Part shown: positions 44,301 through 55,619 of the stretch, one piece after another | Layout of the letters: the number at the start of each line of letters is the position of its first letter | How positions within the stretch are numbered: position 1 is the first letter of the stretch | Assembly (NCBI GenBank): GCA_030704615.1 | Contig: CM060731.1 | Coordinates: forward strand, 37,076,001 to 37,140,000 | Origin: Takakia lepidozioides | Lineage: Eukaryota; Plantae; Bryophyta | Direction: 5' to 3' | Length of the DNA: 64,000 nucleotides | Position numbers and translations under genes: made by a program | Notes under the pieces: generated by a model | The model's input: the letters and a program-made list of their open reading frames with translations, nothing else | Databases searched by the model: none | What the model was told of the DNA's origin: nothing

Positions 44301-45112
44301 TTTGAAGACTAGGACTGTAATGAGAGTATGTTAATAATGTTGTCTAACTGGTTAGGGTCATAGTAATAGAGAATGGATTTTATTCAAATGCAAACATTAA
44401 TTCAAAATTAAATAGGAATGCAAAGAGAATGTAAAGTAACCAATTGATTATGGGGGGGTATTAGTATGATTTAGATCATGTGTTATACACACACATATAC
44501 ATATATCTAATTTTGTATAACCTTTTGCTTGGAGGAGGGACAGATATTGATTATGTTGCGGATCGAACACAGCCATTGTCGAGTAAGTTTTTATTATCCA
44601 GATTCTTATTTTGGGATTTATCTTAAAACCTACGGTTAGGTTGATTTTCTTAAATCGATGAAAGGGACAGTAGACAGTACCCAGTAACCTTTATTAACAA
44701 AAACAATTGTGTAGTATATAATATAATCATATAAATAGGATGAAATAGAAAATGTTATACATTATATAATTGTATACAATACTGGAATGGTCGAATAAAT
44801 TAATAATTTAATCGAATGAATGAAGTGCACTGTCTTTCTTTTTTCTTTTTTCTTTTGAAGTCTTTTGAATGTCACTAATTCACTGGCAGATATCACTTGT
44901 GATATTTAGTCTAGGAAAAATAAAAAGATGCTATCTGATAGTTATTAGGAATGCATTGCAAATAAAAATTATTGTCAAATTTCAAAGATAATATAAATGA
45001 TGAAGGTATATTGGTTTTATTTACTTGTTGGTTCCTTTATTGATGTATTTCTGATGTCCATCATGTTTTACTTTGTGGCATTGGGTTTTTGGCATGTTAT
45101 GGATGAACACGA

Positions 45113-45895
45113 TTGGTGAATGAAATTGAAACATGTAGTATGGACGGTGATCTTGGTTTGCCCCTCAAAGTTGAGGCACATCCCGTACTCCCACCGAAAC
45201 GTCCACGACGTCGTATGCCTGATATTCTTCCAAAGATAGCCACGCCATGGGGTGGACAATTGCTTTTTACTACAAGTGGTGTTCATCGGCAGAGACGTAA
45301 GAGTGGCACATTGGAATTGCATGAAGATGCAATTGGTCCTACATTACCTGAAGAGGTAGCTTCTGTTACCGTTCACACCATCATTGATGATAGTGATGAG
45401 GTTCCCAATCATTTGGATGTAGATCTTGTTCTGAATTCAAATGCTCTTCCCTCTCTTATTGAGGATAAGTTTGAGTTTTTACACCGTCGTGCTCCTAATA
45501 TTCTTCCAGAGATAGCCACACCGTGGACTGGACAACTACTTTTCACTACAGCCAGTGTTTCTCGTCAAAGACGTAAGAGACCAGCATTAGAATTGCGTGA
45601 GAATACAATTAGTCCTACATTTGTACCTAGCCAAGTGGCCTCCATTTCCGGTCAAAACATCATTGATGATAATGATGATAGAGTTCCCCATCTTGTGGAT
45701 GTAGGCCCCGATCTTGATTCAAATGCTCTTCTCTCAAATAGTAAAGATAAGTGCAAGGTTGAGTTGGAGGATATACAGCATTTCACATGTAGTCGCAAAT
45801 GTTTGGATGTAGAGGGATATTGTCATGTGCTTCGCCGATCAAAGAAGTGCGTGCAGTCTCTTCCACCTAAGTTTCTTCCACCTGACATACATTAG
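45113..45895 (+). CDS. Intronless ORF with an internal ~92-aa tandem duplication, function unknown (possibly TE-derived)
   Basis: 260-codon ORF in AT-rich surroundings; two copies of RRxPxILPxIATPWxGQLLFTT..RQRRK..IIDD..SNAL, followed by CSRKC. Confidence 0.45.
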   Translation: MVNEIETCSMDGDLGLPLKVEAHPVLPPKRPRRRMPDILPKIATPWGGQLLFTTSGVHRQRRKSGTLELHEDAIGPTLPEEVASVTVHTIIDDSDEVPNHLDVDLVLNSNALPSLIEDKFEFLHRRAPNILPEIATPWTGQLLFTTASVSRQRRKRPALELRENTISPTFVPSQVASISGQNIIDDNDDRVPHLVDVGPDLDSNALLSNSKDKCKVELEDIQHFTCSRKCLDVEGYCHVLRRSKKCVQSLPPKFLPPDIH

Positions 45896-46202
45896 AGTCT
45901 TTATTATCCATAGTTTCTAGTTCTGCATTTGAAGGTTGCAGAGAATAGAGAAGCTGCGGTGGAGGTCGTCAAGGTCGTATATCTAAAGCATTCATGTGTG
46001 TGGTACTTGATAACCCATTGAGACAATTTATTTTAAATTTCATGTCTTGTATTTGTAGTTCTATGTTGCCATCGTTGATCACCAGGATATTTCACTATAT
46101 TGATTGATTATATTTATTTTTCACTAGCACATATGCAATAACCACCGTTGTGCAGGTCAATCAGGATAAGGGTAATTGATTTATTGAATTGAGCAGGTAA
46201 CC

Positions 46203-46372
46203 CAGTGGTTGGGTGTTTGTGCCTTGCCTGTGCATAACCTAGGTGATCTTGGGTTCAGTCCTTCAACATATGCCTTCAGACCGTCCATTGGGCCCTCGAT
46301 GGCCTGTGTGTTGAGCAGTAGGCTCAGTAAATTCATTGGACGTTAAAGAAACTTTATCTTTATCTTTATCTT
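46203..46372 (+). mobile_element. tRNA-derived SINE-like repeat, copy of 9945-10108
   Basis: High similarity to 9945-10108, including the (TTTATC)3 tail. Confidence 0.65.
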
Positions 46373-46725
46373 GATGTATTTTCTTTCACATGGGTAAATA
46401 TTTTGATTTATACTCCTCCAGATTCCACATGGAGGATAATTTTTTTTAATATATAATCGAAAGGAAACACCTGGGAGTGACAGCTCACAAATCAGGCCCC
46501 TTAGTAGTGAGAGGAGAAAATAACCTCTTTCATAGTAGCCTGCCATGAAGGTGGAAGAATGGGACACCACCCGGGAACTGGGAGAAGGGTATATCACACC
46601 CGTCATTAGCAAGATTTGACCCCAGAACCATCTGGGTGGTACTCAGTGCACTTAATCAACTGAGCTATTGACTGGTGATGGATAAATAATTTTTATGTAC
46701 CCTTCACCCACATATAAACGTATAT

Positions 46726-48043
46726 TAGGGCTTCGTGTTGCTCCGCACTACTAGTGACAAATTTTGAGAACTACGTTCAATTTTTCAATTTTTCACGCGT
46801 CATCCCTCGAGTGTTACATGCAGAGATCTCGTGTTTTGTTTTTTTCTGGAAGAAAAATGGGGGATTTGCATTTCAATGTTCAATTTTCACAAGTCGCATC
46901 AATCAATTACATTCACTATATGAACTTTCAAGCATCCACCATGGGATTGGATGTTGGTGGGTTAAGGCTACCTTTTGACAATATTCATGCAAGTTCGTCA
47001 AGGGCTCCATCCAAAGCCACACCACGAGAAACAAACAAACATGTCCAAATTTAAGATGTTGAACAAACTTGTGCACAAGACTGTCTTTCTCATCAAACTT
47101 ATTAAAATTCGTATTCACTTCCATCTTCAAGCTTTGGAGAAGCTCCACCCCCAAACCCAGAATTAGGACAGCACTCTGATTTCCATCCACTGTCACCAAA
47201 ATCAGTAAAAAATCACCCCTTCAGTCAAATGCAATTGTGGGCTGACTTCACACCTATGTCGGGTAGACCCCACTATCAGGAAATGGTGGATGGTCTGAGT
47301 AACTACACAGATCAATACATGAAGCAAAACACTTGCATCTTGCACTCAACAGTACATAATGGTCAGTACTCTCAGGAAATGGTGGATGGTCTGAGTAGCT
47401 ACACAATCCCGTCTTCAAAGTGATGGAAAGTAGTTAGCGTCCTATACAACAATTGCTCGGCCAACAATCTTTTGAGATGAATTTGGGAGGTGTGGCAGTC
47501 TCCACACACTCGAAGATTCTTGATGAGTTGTGTTGATCAGCCCAAAACCAATGGCCAGCTTTATTCCTCCACATCATGCAATAAAAAGTGTGTTAGGCAC
47601 ATACTCCGCCTCCTTCATCTGCTCAGACAATCTTCTTAGCTCAGCATGGATTTCCTTACTTCTTGGATGCAACTTATCATCTGATATAACCCCTGTGACC
47701 TTCATCATTCTTCTCAGCTTTGCAGTATCATCCCACCTGCCAGCTGCAGCATAGATGTTTGATATAGCAACACATAAGTCGCGGCATCCTGTTCATCCCA
47801 CTTAAGGATAAATGTTGTCACATATTCAGCCATCTCCACATTGTCATGGATTCTGCAGGCCCAAGCAAGGCCTTCCACACCACAACATCTGGATTGATTG
47901 GCATTTTATTAATCAGGTACCCTGCCTCATGTAGTTGTCCCGCACGTCCAGAAGGTCCACCATGCAGCCAAAGTGCTTTACTGGCGGGGTGACACCATGA
48001 TCTTTACTCAGGGAATCGAAGTAGCGTCTTCCGTCATTCAGTA
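46726..48043. repeat. Segmental duplication unit (continues at 59321 after the retrotransposon); paralogous to 62255-64000
   Basis: Colinear high similarity from TAGGGCTT..GTTGCTCCGCACTACTAG onward, through the PPR-DYW remnant. Confidence 0.9.
47400..48043 (-). pseudogene. PPR-DYW pseudogene copy 1, 3' part (E/E+/DYW remnants)
   Basis: Frameshifted KMPINPDVVVW..ACRIH, YAAAGRWDD, HPRSKEIHAEL..QMKEAEYVP, LAIGFGLI, NLRVCGDCH and FEDG. The terminal CSCxDYW is replaced by a local duplication. Confidence 0.85.
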
Positions 48044-48128
48044 TGTCGTGCACCTAAGCATCGTGCCACAACATACATCGCTGTCCACCATACATTCTAA
48101 GCACACAATCCTAGAAAGCTATGCCACA
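48044..48128 (-). repeat. Terminal repeat A (85 bp), outermost copy
   Basis: Direct repeat of 48496-48580 with 3 mismatches counted by eye. Confidence 0.92.
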
Positions 48129-48129
48129 A

Positions 48130-48493
48130 TGATAATGGAAGTGAACACACAATGGAAACACTCCACTCATGAATCCACTCAATCACATAAACTAAGTCAA
48201 GCCAAGGGCATCTTTGCTAAAGGAATCCACCCTACAAAGCCATCACCACACTCCCTCTCAATAGAGCTATGGAGGTTGGAGATGCTCATGGAGGCTCAAC
48301 TACAAGAAGATGAGCCCTCATCAACACTCACAAGGGGAAAACCCATCCCCATGTCCCAAGTGAGGTTTGACACCTCACTTGGCATGTGAGACCAAATGAA
48401 GTCCCAACACACAAAATACAAATATAAATATCCAAAATGTCCTAGTTAACTAGAAGTAGGTAATTCTAGTTAACCATGACTAAAACCATGACA
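48130..48493 (-). repeat. Terminal repeat B (364 bp), 3' copy
   Basis: Direct repeat of 58953-59320, with about 8 substitutions and one 4-bp indel counted by eye. Confidence 0.95.
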
Positions 48494-48495
48494 GC

Positions 48496-48580
48496 TATCG
48501 TGCACCTAAGCATCGTGCCACAACATACATAGTTGTCCACCATACATTCTAAGCACACAATCCTAGAAAGCTATGCCACA
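48496..48580 (-). repeat. Terminal repeat A' (85 bp), directly after the PPT
   Basis: Starts TGTGGCATAG on the minus strand, 2 nt after the PPT; separated from B by the dinucleotide GC. Confidence 0.92.
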
Positions 48581-48582
48581 AT

Positions 48583-48591
48583 CGCCCCCCT
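48583..48591 (-). other. Polypurine tract
   Basis: Minus strand reads AGGGGGGCG-AT-TGTGGC, about 250 nt downstream of the pol stop codon. Confidence 0.75.
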
Positions 48592-48838
48592 AGCTGGTGA
48601 TTAGGTCCCTCTAACACCGGATAGCTGACAAGTATCCATCTCAATAACATCATCGCTTGGTCTTCAATCGCACATGTCCCAGTATCTAAAGTCAATAGAT
48701 CAAGAGGCCGGGTGCAAAAGTAGCCCCATCGTTACTCGCCTTCCTGCAATCCATGATCTTCAATAGTATCCATGGCGTTGAGCTCCCATCAGCTAGACCT
48801 TGGATCACTTGTCAATTCCACCATTGTCATGCCCACTA

Positions 48839-50120
48839 CCTATGTCTAAGGCATCATGGACACAACCATTCTCCACTAGGAACCTCCTCAAGTGGTGGTA
48901 TCAAGCATCCCATGTGCCACCCCCTTAAGCATTTGTCACACACCAACATGGTCGCGGCACCACCAACATGCCCACATAGCATGCAACGCAACCCTACAGG
49001 TACCACTGCAAGGTTGGGATCTATCCTTCCATCCACATGTGGAAGGTGACATGGCGCACAATTGCGCACATGGTCCTTCCATACCATGCCATCTCGACCC
49101 TCCAGAATCAACACTCCTGAAGGCAACACCTCCCGGACCCTTAGAATCACACGCCCTACTGTGACATCCAAAGTCGTAGGCGCTGTCTGCTGCAGATACA
49201 CATAGTCCCCAGGGTGGAAACACCGAACACCTGGCCGATATCCCCCTCCACGTATAGTGACGTACCTCAATGTGTCTCGGTGTTGGGCAATAACAAGGTT
49301 CTCAAAAAGCCATAGGCATGACTCTCTTGAACAACTCTGCCTGCTGGGCACATGCTTGTATCCACACATCTGGATCATCAAGGTTGAGAACTACTGCAGT
49401 CTCCCTGCGAATAGATGCAGGCAAATCTGGCTCTCGGCCAAAGAGAAGGAAATAAGGCGAGAACGAGGCAAGTGATGCTTGTTTGCTAAACCTGTAGCCC
49501 ATGGCCAACCAAGGTAGCTGAAGGTCCCAATCTCCTAAATGTCCCTTCTGCAAGCCATACTTGCGCAAGCCTCGCTTGACTGTTTGTACAACCCTCTCTG
49601 CCAGGCCATCAGCCTCGGGATGATCCCGAGAAGTAGTGCGGTGATCTATCAAGGCTTGCTCACACAAAACCTAAAACTCCCCTAAGAACTCTCTCCCCTG
49701 GTCCGTGAGTACCTCGGATGGAGCACCAAATTGGCTAAGCACTCGATCTAAGAATGCATACGCAGCCCCCTCACTTGTCTTGTTAGGCAATGCCACCAGT
49801 TCAATCCACTTGGAGAAATGTTCCACCATCACTAACACATACTTGTTATGGCAAATCGTTAGTGGCAATGGGCCTGCGAAGTCAAGACTCCAACGATAGC
49901 CCAAACCCATAATGGGTAAAGGATGCAATTGTGGAGTAGGTGCATTGAAAGAAACTCGCACTCTATCACACACCATGCACCTTGCCACTAACTGTTGGAT
50001 ATCCGTGTGCATGCCCCGCCACCAGTATTATCCTTGCAGCAAACTATGAGTACGTCGCACCCCAAAATGTCCCAACTCCTCATGGGCATGGCGTACCAAT
50101 CGCGCTCGTTGTGTTGGATG
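48839..50120 (-). pseudogene. Integrase (HHCC, DDE core) with C-terminal PHD finger
   Basis: HEELGH..CMVC, SLDFAGP, TDQGREF and GLAERVVQTVK, then CMLC..MLVCDKC..WHMGC..GEWLCP*C (C4HC3). Stops at 50028, 49671 and 48854; frameshift near 49305. Confidence 0.93.
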
Positions 50121-50449
50121 AGGCACAATCCTCATTCGTCCATCCTCCCATACTCGGAGTAGGTGAGTCCCCTCCCACTTGAACCTCTTGGCTCGTTGTA
50201 GGATCCGATCTCTTTCCTTAGCAGTCACACTGACTGCTGTCTCTCTAGTACGAAGGTAGGCCAACACTGCTGCATCTTCATGCACATCCTTAGCACCACC
50301 AAACTCCTCACTGATCTCCGGATCGTCATGCACACCATCAACATGACCAATGCTATGGGATGGACTAGCTTGAGCTCCCATTGCTAGGATGCACAAAAAG
50401 GCAGATGCATGCCATCCTGGCACCATCTCCTCATCCATCTCACCATGCC

Positions 50450-51840
50450 ACCGGGCTCCAGTATCATCATGCTCGCTCGTGCATGGATTACGACTCAATC
50501 CATCTGCATCCCGATTGACAATACCGGCTTGATGCACCACCTGAAAGTCGTATTCTTGAAGCATAAGTGCCCACCGTGCAAGCTTCCCTGTAAGCTTGTC
50601 TAACTCCATCAACCACTTCAATGGTTGGTGATCCGTGACAAGGGTGAAGAGATTGCATAGAGGTAGCATCTGAAATGTGCCACTGCCCATACCGCAACTA
50701 GACACTCCCCTTCATAGGAACTATACTTCGCCTCGGCATCATTGTTTGAGCGGCTAGCATATGCCACTACAAACTCTCTTCCCTCATCATCCATCTGTGT
50801 GAGCACTACTCCAATCCCCAGCATACTCCAATCCGTATGTAGCTGGAAAGGCCGCCCCCGAATAGGCCGCCTCAGAATAGGTGCAGAAGTCAATCGAGCC
50901 TTGAGTTCCTCAAAGGCTTCTTCCTGCTCCTCCTCCCATTGCCACTCCTGACCCACCTTGGTCAACTTAGTAAGAGCCTTTGCAATGCTGCTAAATCCCT
51001 TGACAAACCGTCGATAGTAGTTTGCCAACCCCATGAAAGCACGAACTCTGCTAACATCTATGGGGCGTGGAATGCGTGCAATGGCCTCCACCTTCGTCTT
51101 TTGAACACCCAATCCTCCAGGGTGTATCATGTGGCCCAGATACTCAATCTGGTTGTGGAAGAACTTGCACTTCCCAGGTATTATTTCAACCCATGCGCTC
51201 TCAAGCGCTCAAACACCACCTGAAGGTGTCTCTCATGCTCCTCAACCATAGCACTAAAGACGATGATGTCATCAATGTAACACCGGGCAAAGTCTAGCCC
51301 CGCGAGAATCCTATCCATAACCCTCTGAAACTCTGCATGAGCATTCTTCAACCCAAATGGTAGGAAGTGCCATTGGTACAAGCAATCCTTCCCATGTTGG
51401 TCAATCCCCCATAATGTCGTCTTTTGCTTGTCAGCCTCTTTGATTGGCAACTGGTGGTAACCGGATCGCAAGTCCAATGTGCTAAACACCTTTGCATGCC
51501 CAATGGCATCAAAGATTTCCTCTGGAGTTGGCATGGCATATCTATCGGACTTAGTCTGACGATTCACAGGACGATAGTCCCCACACATCCTTCTTTCTGT
51601 CCAATTGCCATAGATATCCTTCTTAGCTGACATCACCGTTGTCGAGGCATACTCCCCGCCTGACAACTCCACCAATCCAACTTCGAACAACTCCATAGTC
51701 CGTGACTGGATCAATGACCTCTCCATATCACTATACCGGTAGGGCCTTCGAAAGATTGGCGTGTCACTTGCCAAATCAATACGAATCTCCTGACCCTTCA
51801 AACTCCCCAAATCCTTCAAACCGAAGGCAAAGCAATTTCT
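50450..51840 (-). pseudogene. Reverse transcriptase + RNase H (Gypsy type)
   Basis: RMCGDYR, LDLRSGYHQ, LPFGLKNA, YIDDIIV, FMGLANYYRRF, LHTDWS, YASR and TDHQPL; frameshifts near 51181 and 50655. Confidence 0.95.
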
Positions 51841-52349
51841 ATAAGCCCTTAGAAATCGTTGGATCCTCTGTCTCTCTCCTCCGGTGACTGTAGGTCCAAC
51901 ATCTGGTTCCCAATTGTCCTCAGTGACTGCAACCTTGGGTACATCAAGCTTGGGGGTAGGAGACGAATCCTTTGGTTGCTAGATAGTAACCTCTTGGGCC
52001 TTGTCTGCCCAATCTGACTGTGGCGTAGCCTCCACTTGCTCTGCCATAACCACCTTGAGAACATCCTCTGGGGAAGAAACATTCTCAACCTCTTCAAAAA
52101 CATTGGCCACCTTGGCCTCCAACTGATCCTCAGTGTATGGCTCTCCCCACTCCTCATATTGCTGCTTGAGAGATCCAAGGACTCTCTTTTTCCGCATCTC
52201 ATCCCACATCTGCCATGGGTGTTTGCACCCCATGATCCTGTGCTCGCCCCCACTCACTGCCTCAACCGTCCCGGTTGGCAGAGGGGATACAATACCAAAT
52301 GGGAGTGCAGAAGTAGCCACCATTGTCTGCAACCTCCATTGCTCAGCCA

Positions 52350-53334
52350 TGCACAAGCCAATGACCCATGTCAAGCAATTTAGATCCATTGCTTGACCCA
52401 ACACATGTCAGCGTGATGCCTCTGACAGAGCTGGCACAGCTGTAGTGCCCGTGGCAAATCCCATTGCCCGCTCTCGCTCATCTGCATTGGGCTCCACCAA
52501 TTGCTATAGCACACTGTCCCAAATCAACCCAGGACCATTGTCTCGAAAAGCATGAGACGAGGGAAAGCTCATGAGCGTAGGCAAGGCCGTACATGGCTGC
52601 CCCACTCAATTTACCACTGCTAGAGGTGGACGGTCATCATGTCGTACCCTCTGTGGTTGCCTCCCTTGGTCCAAAATGCCCTCAACTGTGAGATTGGGTG
52701 GCTGTTGAATGGAATCGTATGCTCTCTTTAGCAGCTCTGGTGGTGCAAGATTGGTCCACCACAATCGAGGTCGATGCGCTCGTGATCCCACCGCTGCTGC
52801 ATCCAATAGCACCGCCGATCCAATCCAAGACCGCACCCGATGCACACTGGCCATAACCCTGGCCCAAGAGTCCCCCATAAGAGAAACATTCTCCAAGATA
52901 TAGGCTAGAGGTTGCACTTGCCTCGTCTGCAAGTCACGCAACACTCTCAACATCTCCCAAAACAAATACGATCGTGCATCATGCAAGCCGTTCCCATGAC
53001 CTGCGGGAGAGTGTCCTTGGCAAGGCCATCCAACTATCACCAAGTCAATGACACCATGCCGGTCCAAATCATCCGCCCCCAGCAAGGTAATGTCTGCTGG
53101 CAAGGCCTTTTGATACCCTTGAATTGCTGAGAGAGGCAATAACTCAGGATACCGGTGTGTGAGCAAGGCGATGTGGCGCATAGAAATACGCCGAGCTATC
53201 TCATCCTTCTCCACATACAAGTACTTGTGTACTTTAATCCCAGCTTGCAATACTCCTGCAAGCCCAGTGCTCATGCCTCCAAATAGGTCTAGCAAACAAA
53301 TCCCTGAGTCAGGTGGTTGCCAGGTAATGGGCAC
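52350..53334 (-). pseudogene. DNMT3-type C5 cytosine DNA methyltransferase domain within pol
   Basis: Motif I LDLFGGMSTG, II YVEKD, IV DLVIVGWPCQG (Cys at 53022-53020), VI YILENV, VIII AHRPRLWWTNL, IX ERERAMGF and X R*HVLGQAM, in linear order and in frame with RT. In-frame stops at 52606, 52504 and 52408. Confidence 0.93.
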
Positions 53335-53583
53335 TGTAACTGAGGAAGTCCAAGTGTCACTGAACTCCCCTCACTCACCAATGGATATGCCTCCTGCCAT
53401 GCTTGGTGCACACACTCGCCTGCTACTCGATGCAAATTCCTAACTGTACCCCACAGTGGAATATGAACAGACACATGAGGAAGCAAATCAGCCTTGTATG
53501 CCAATTGTTTGTCCTCGTCAGGTGGTGGCCTATCATCTGCATGGCTATTGCCCTCCAAGAGCTCACCACCCCAAGCCACCACT

Positions 53584-54340
53584 TGTCGCGGCCCTTTGCC
53601 TTGAGGGCAGGGGGTCGAGACACATGAGGGGCTGCCCCTGTGGTGGGGGCAGCGGCAGCGATAGGTATGGGGGGGCTGAAGCACCCTTGAGTGCCCAAGG
53701 CACTCAAGGAGGCGGAGGCGCTCACTAGGTGGAGCCCCGCACACCGGGTTGCGGTGGGGGTGGCTCCACAAGGGGTGGTGGTAGCTTAGCGGGACTTAGT
53801 GGGGGTGGCATATGACTCACCATGGGGGCGGAGACCTCATGGTGGGAGTCGTGGGGAGTCTTGGGACTCATCACGGTCCAGAGGGGCCGTGGTGAGTGGG
53901 CCAAGACTCACCGCGACTCATCACCGGGAGTCAAGGGTTTTCGTGGTGGTTCGCCATAAAATGGCATGGCTGGTTGTGAAACCCCCACGGACAGCTACAG
54001 AAGTATATATAAGGGGAGTAGTGACCCCGAGAACGGTGCAAGCCCGTTGGTGACCAAAAACTAGTGAGTAAGCGAGCGAGCCGGAAAGCAACCAAAGAGT
54101 GGGGAGCTGTTCCGGACTGCCATCTACCAAAGGGAATTCTCCTAGGCCCAAATAGGTGGAGGGTTTAGTAGGAAGCGAAGGGGGGACTGTTATGTCCCGG
54201 TGAGCACCCGAAGCTCCAAGTTGGCCCGGGCGGCCACGTTGGGAGTCAGGCGTGCGCATCGGAGCGAGCAACTATGACTTGAAGGGGAGCTTACCGAAGT
54301 GAGGTGCGCGACACCACCCTTGCTATGATCCGCCGCTACA
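53584..54340 (+). mobile_element. Nested solo-LTR-like insertion (757 bp) between protease and methyltransferase
   Basis: Ends TGTCGCGGC ... GCCGCTACA (8/9 inverted match), TATA box GTATATATAAG at ~54004, GC/CpG-rich, interrupts the pol frame; flanks do not form a TSD. Confidence 0.7.
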
Positions 54341-54790
54341 TTCCCAATAAACCACACTGGGAGCAGTGCACGTCGACCATCCCCTGACTACCATTCCGGC
54401 CTGTAGGATGTCGTTTCCTCCCAAAAGTCCAAAGTAAAGCCCATCGGGTATAACACAGCCCCACCAACAAGCACATCATAAGACATCGTGTCCGTAACAA
54501 TGACTTTAGCTCTCATGACAGAGCCATCTGTAGGATGATTTGGCTACAATCGAATGAAGAGCTCATGGCGTGTAATCCCTCGTGCCTTCTCTAAACTGCC
54601 CAAAGATGTTTGAATTTGGAAAGGACAAGGCTCTAAATCCGCCTCTGTAAGGCCCAAGCTTGCAATTGCTGCTCTCCCCAACATCAATGGTTGTGCTTCC
54701 GAGTCCAACAAGACCCGCAGTGGCCTATACCTCCTCCCGGCTGGGCCACCCAACTGAAACACACCATCCTGATTGTCCATCAGGACTACC
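54341..54790 (-). pseudogene. Aspartic protease (retropepsin) domain
   Basis: VLLDSEAQPL (D-S-G site mutated to D-S-E) ... YDVLVGG; same frame as gag; stops at 54544 and ~54388. Confidence 0.85.
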
Positions 54791-55619
54791 CCAGGAGTCA
54801 CCATACTATGCTCAATGGCTGGTCTAGCTGGCAACTCCTGCAACCTTGTAGCTGCCGCTTGCCATGGCGCAGCTGTGGCTGTTTTCACCCTTGAATCCAA
54901 GGCATCCATGCACTACACCTGATCCACTATCCCCTTAGATAGTGCCGCATCACCATTCTCACAGAGTGCAGTTGCTAGTCTAAACACTGCAGCTAGCCGC
55001 ATCCCCGGCATTGCAATTGTCGTGGCAGAAAACAATGGAGCTTGGCAAATTGTCGTAGCCGCCCCCAACAATGTACTGGCTGCACCTTGCTTTGCAGTAC
55101 CACCCACTGGCATTTCCCGAGCCATACCAACTCTCCCCAATGACACTCGTGGCTATACTTCTGACACACTTGGGCGAGCGGGTGCCATCGATGGCTTAGT
55201 TGGCACTATCTCAGCCAATGTGAAAGACTGTGGAAGCCTTGTCTGCCGACTTGCTTCCCTTCTTTGTGGATCAAAATCCACATCCGCTCCTCTTGGCTCA
55301 GGAGCACGCGTTGTTGCTCGAGTGACAGCAGCTGCAGAGTCCACATGCAATGGTCCTGCAAGTGCGGCTCCACACATGAAGCCCATACCAATCTGGTCTT
55401 CCCTAGACATAGGAGGTTGTGCAGGTGGGGCTTGAACCTCAAGCCTTGGAGCTGGCGCAACATGAGTAGTGGCCATGGCAGCAAGACGTTGCTCTTAGTA
55501 GGCAAGTCTATCCACCATGCCTTGGTCATGACCTTGACCTTGACCCTGTGCTCCTTGGTTTTGGTTACGTCCTCCACCCCGACCTCTACCTCCTCTACCT
55601 CTCTGGACTACATTGTCTC

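Noticed and set aside
46120-46160. Possible Helitron 3' end (CTAG) next to the orphan ORF
   Set aside because: No convincing subterminal hairpin and no identifiable 5' end.
52350-53334. Bacterial restriction-modification methylase or contamination
   Set aside because: The domain is in frame with Gypsy RT inside a TSD-flanked element in plant DNA; motifs are DNMT3-like and no endonuclease partner is present.
54190-54340. Superficial 5S rRNA-like start (GCGGATCATAGC)
   Set aside because: Similarity does not extend and no internal promoter boxes are recognisable; it is the end of the nested LTR-like insert.
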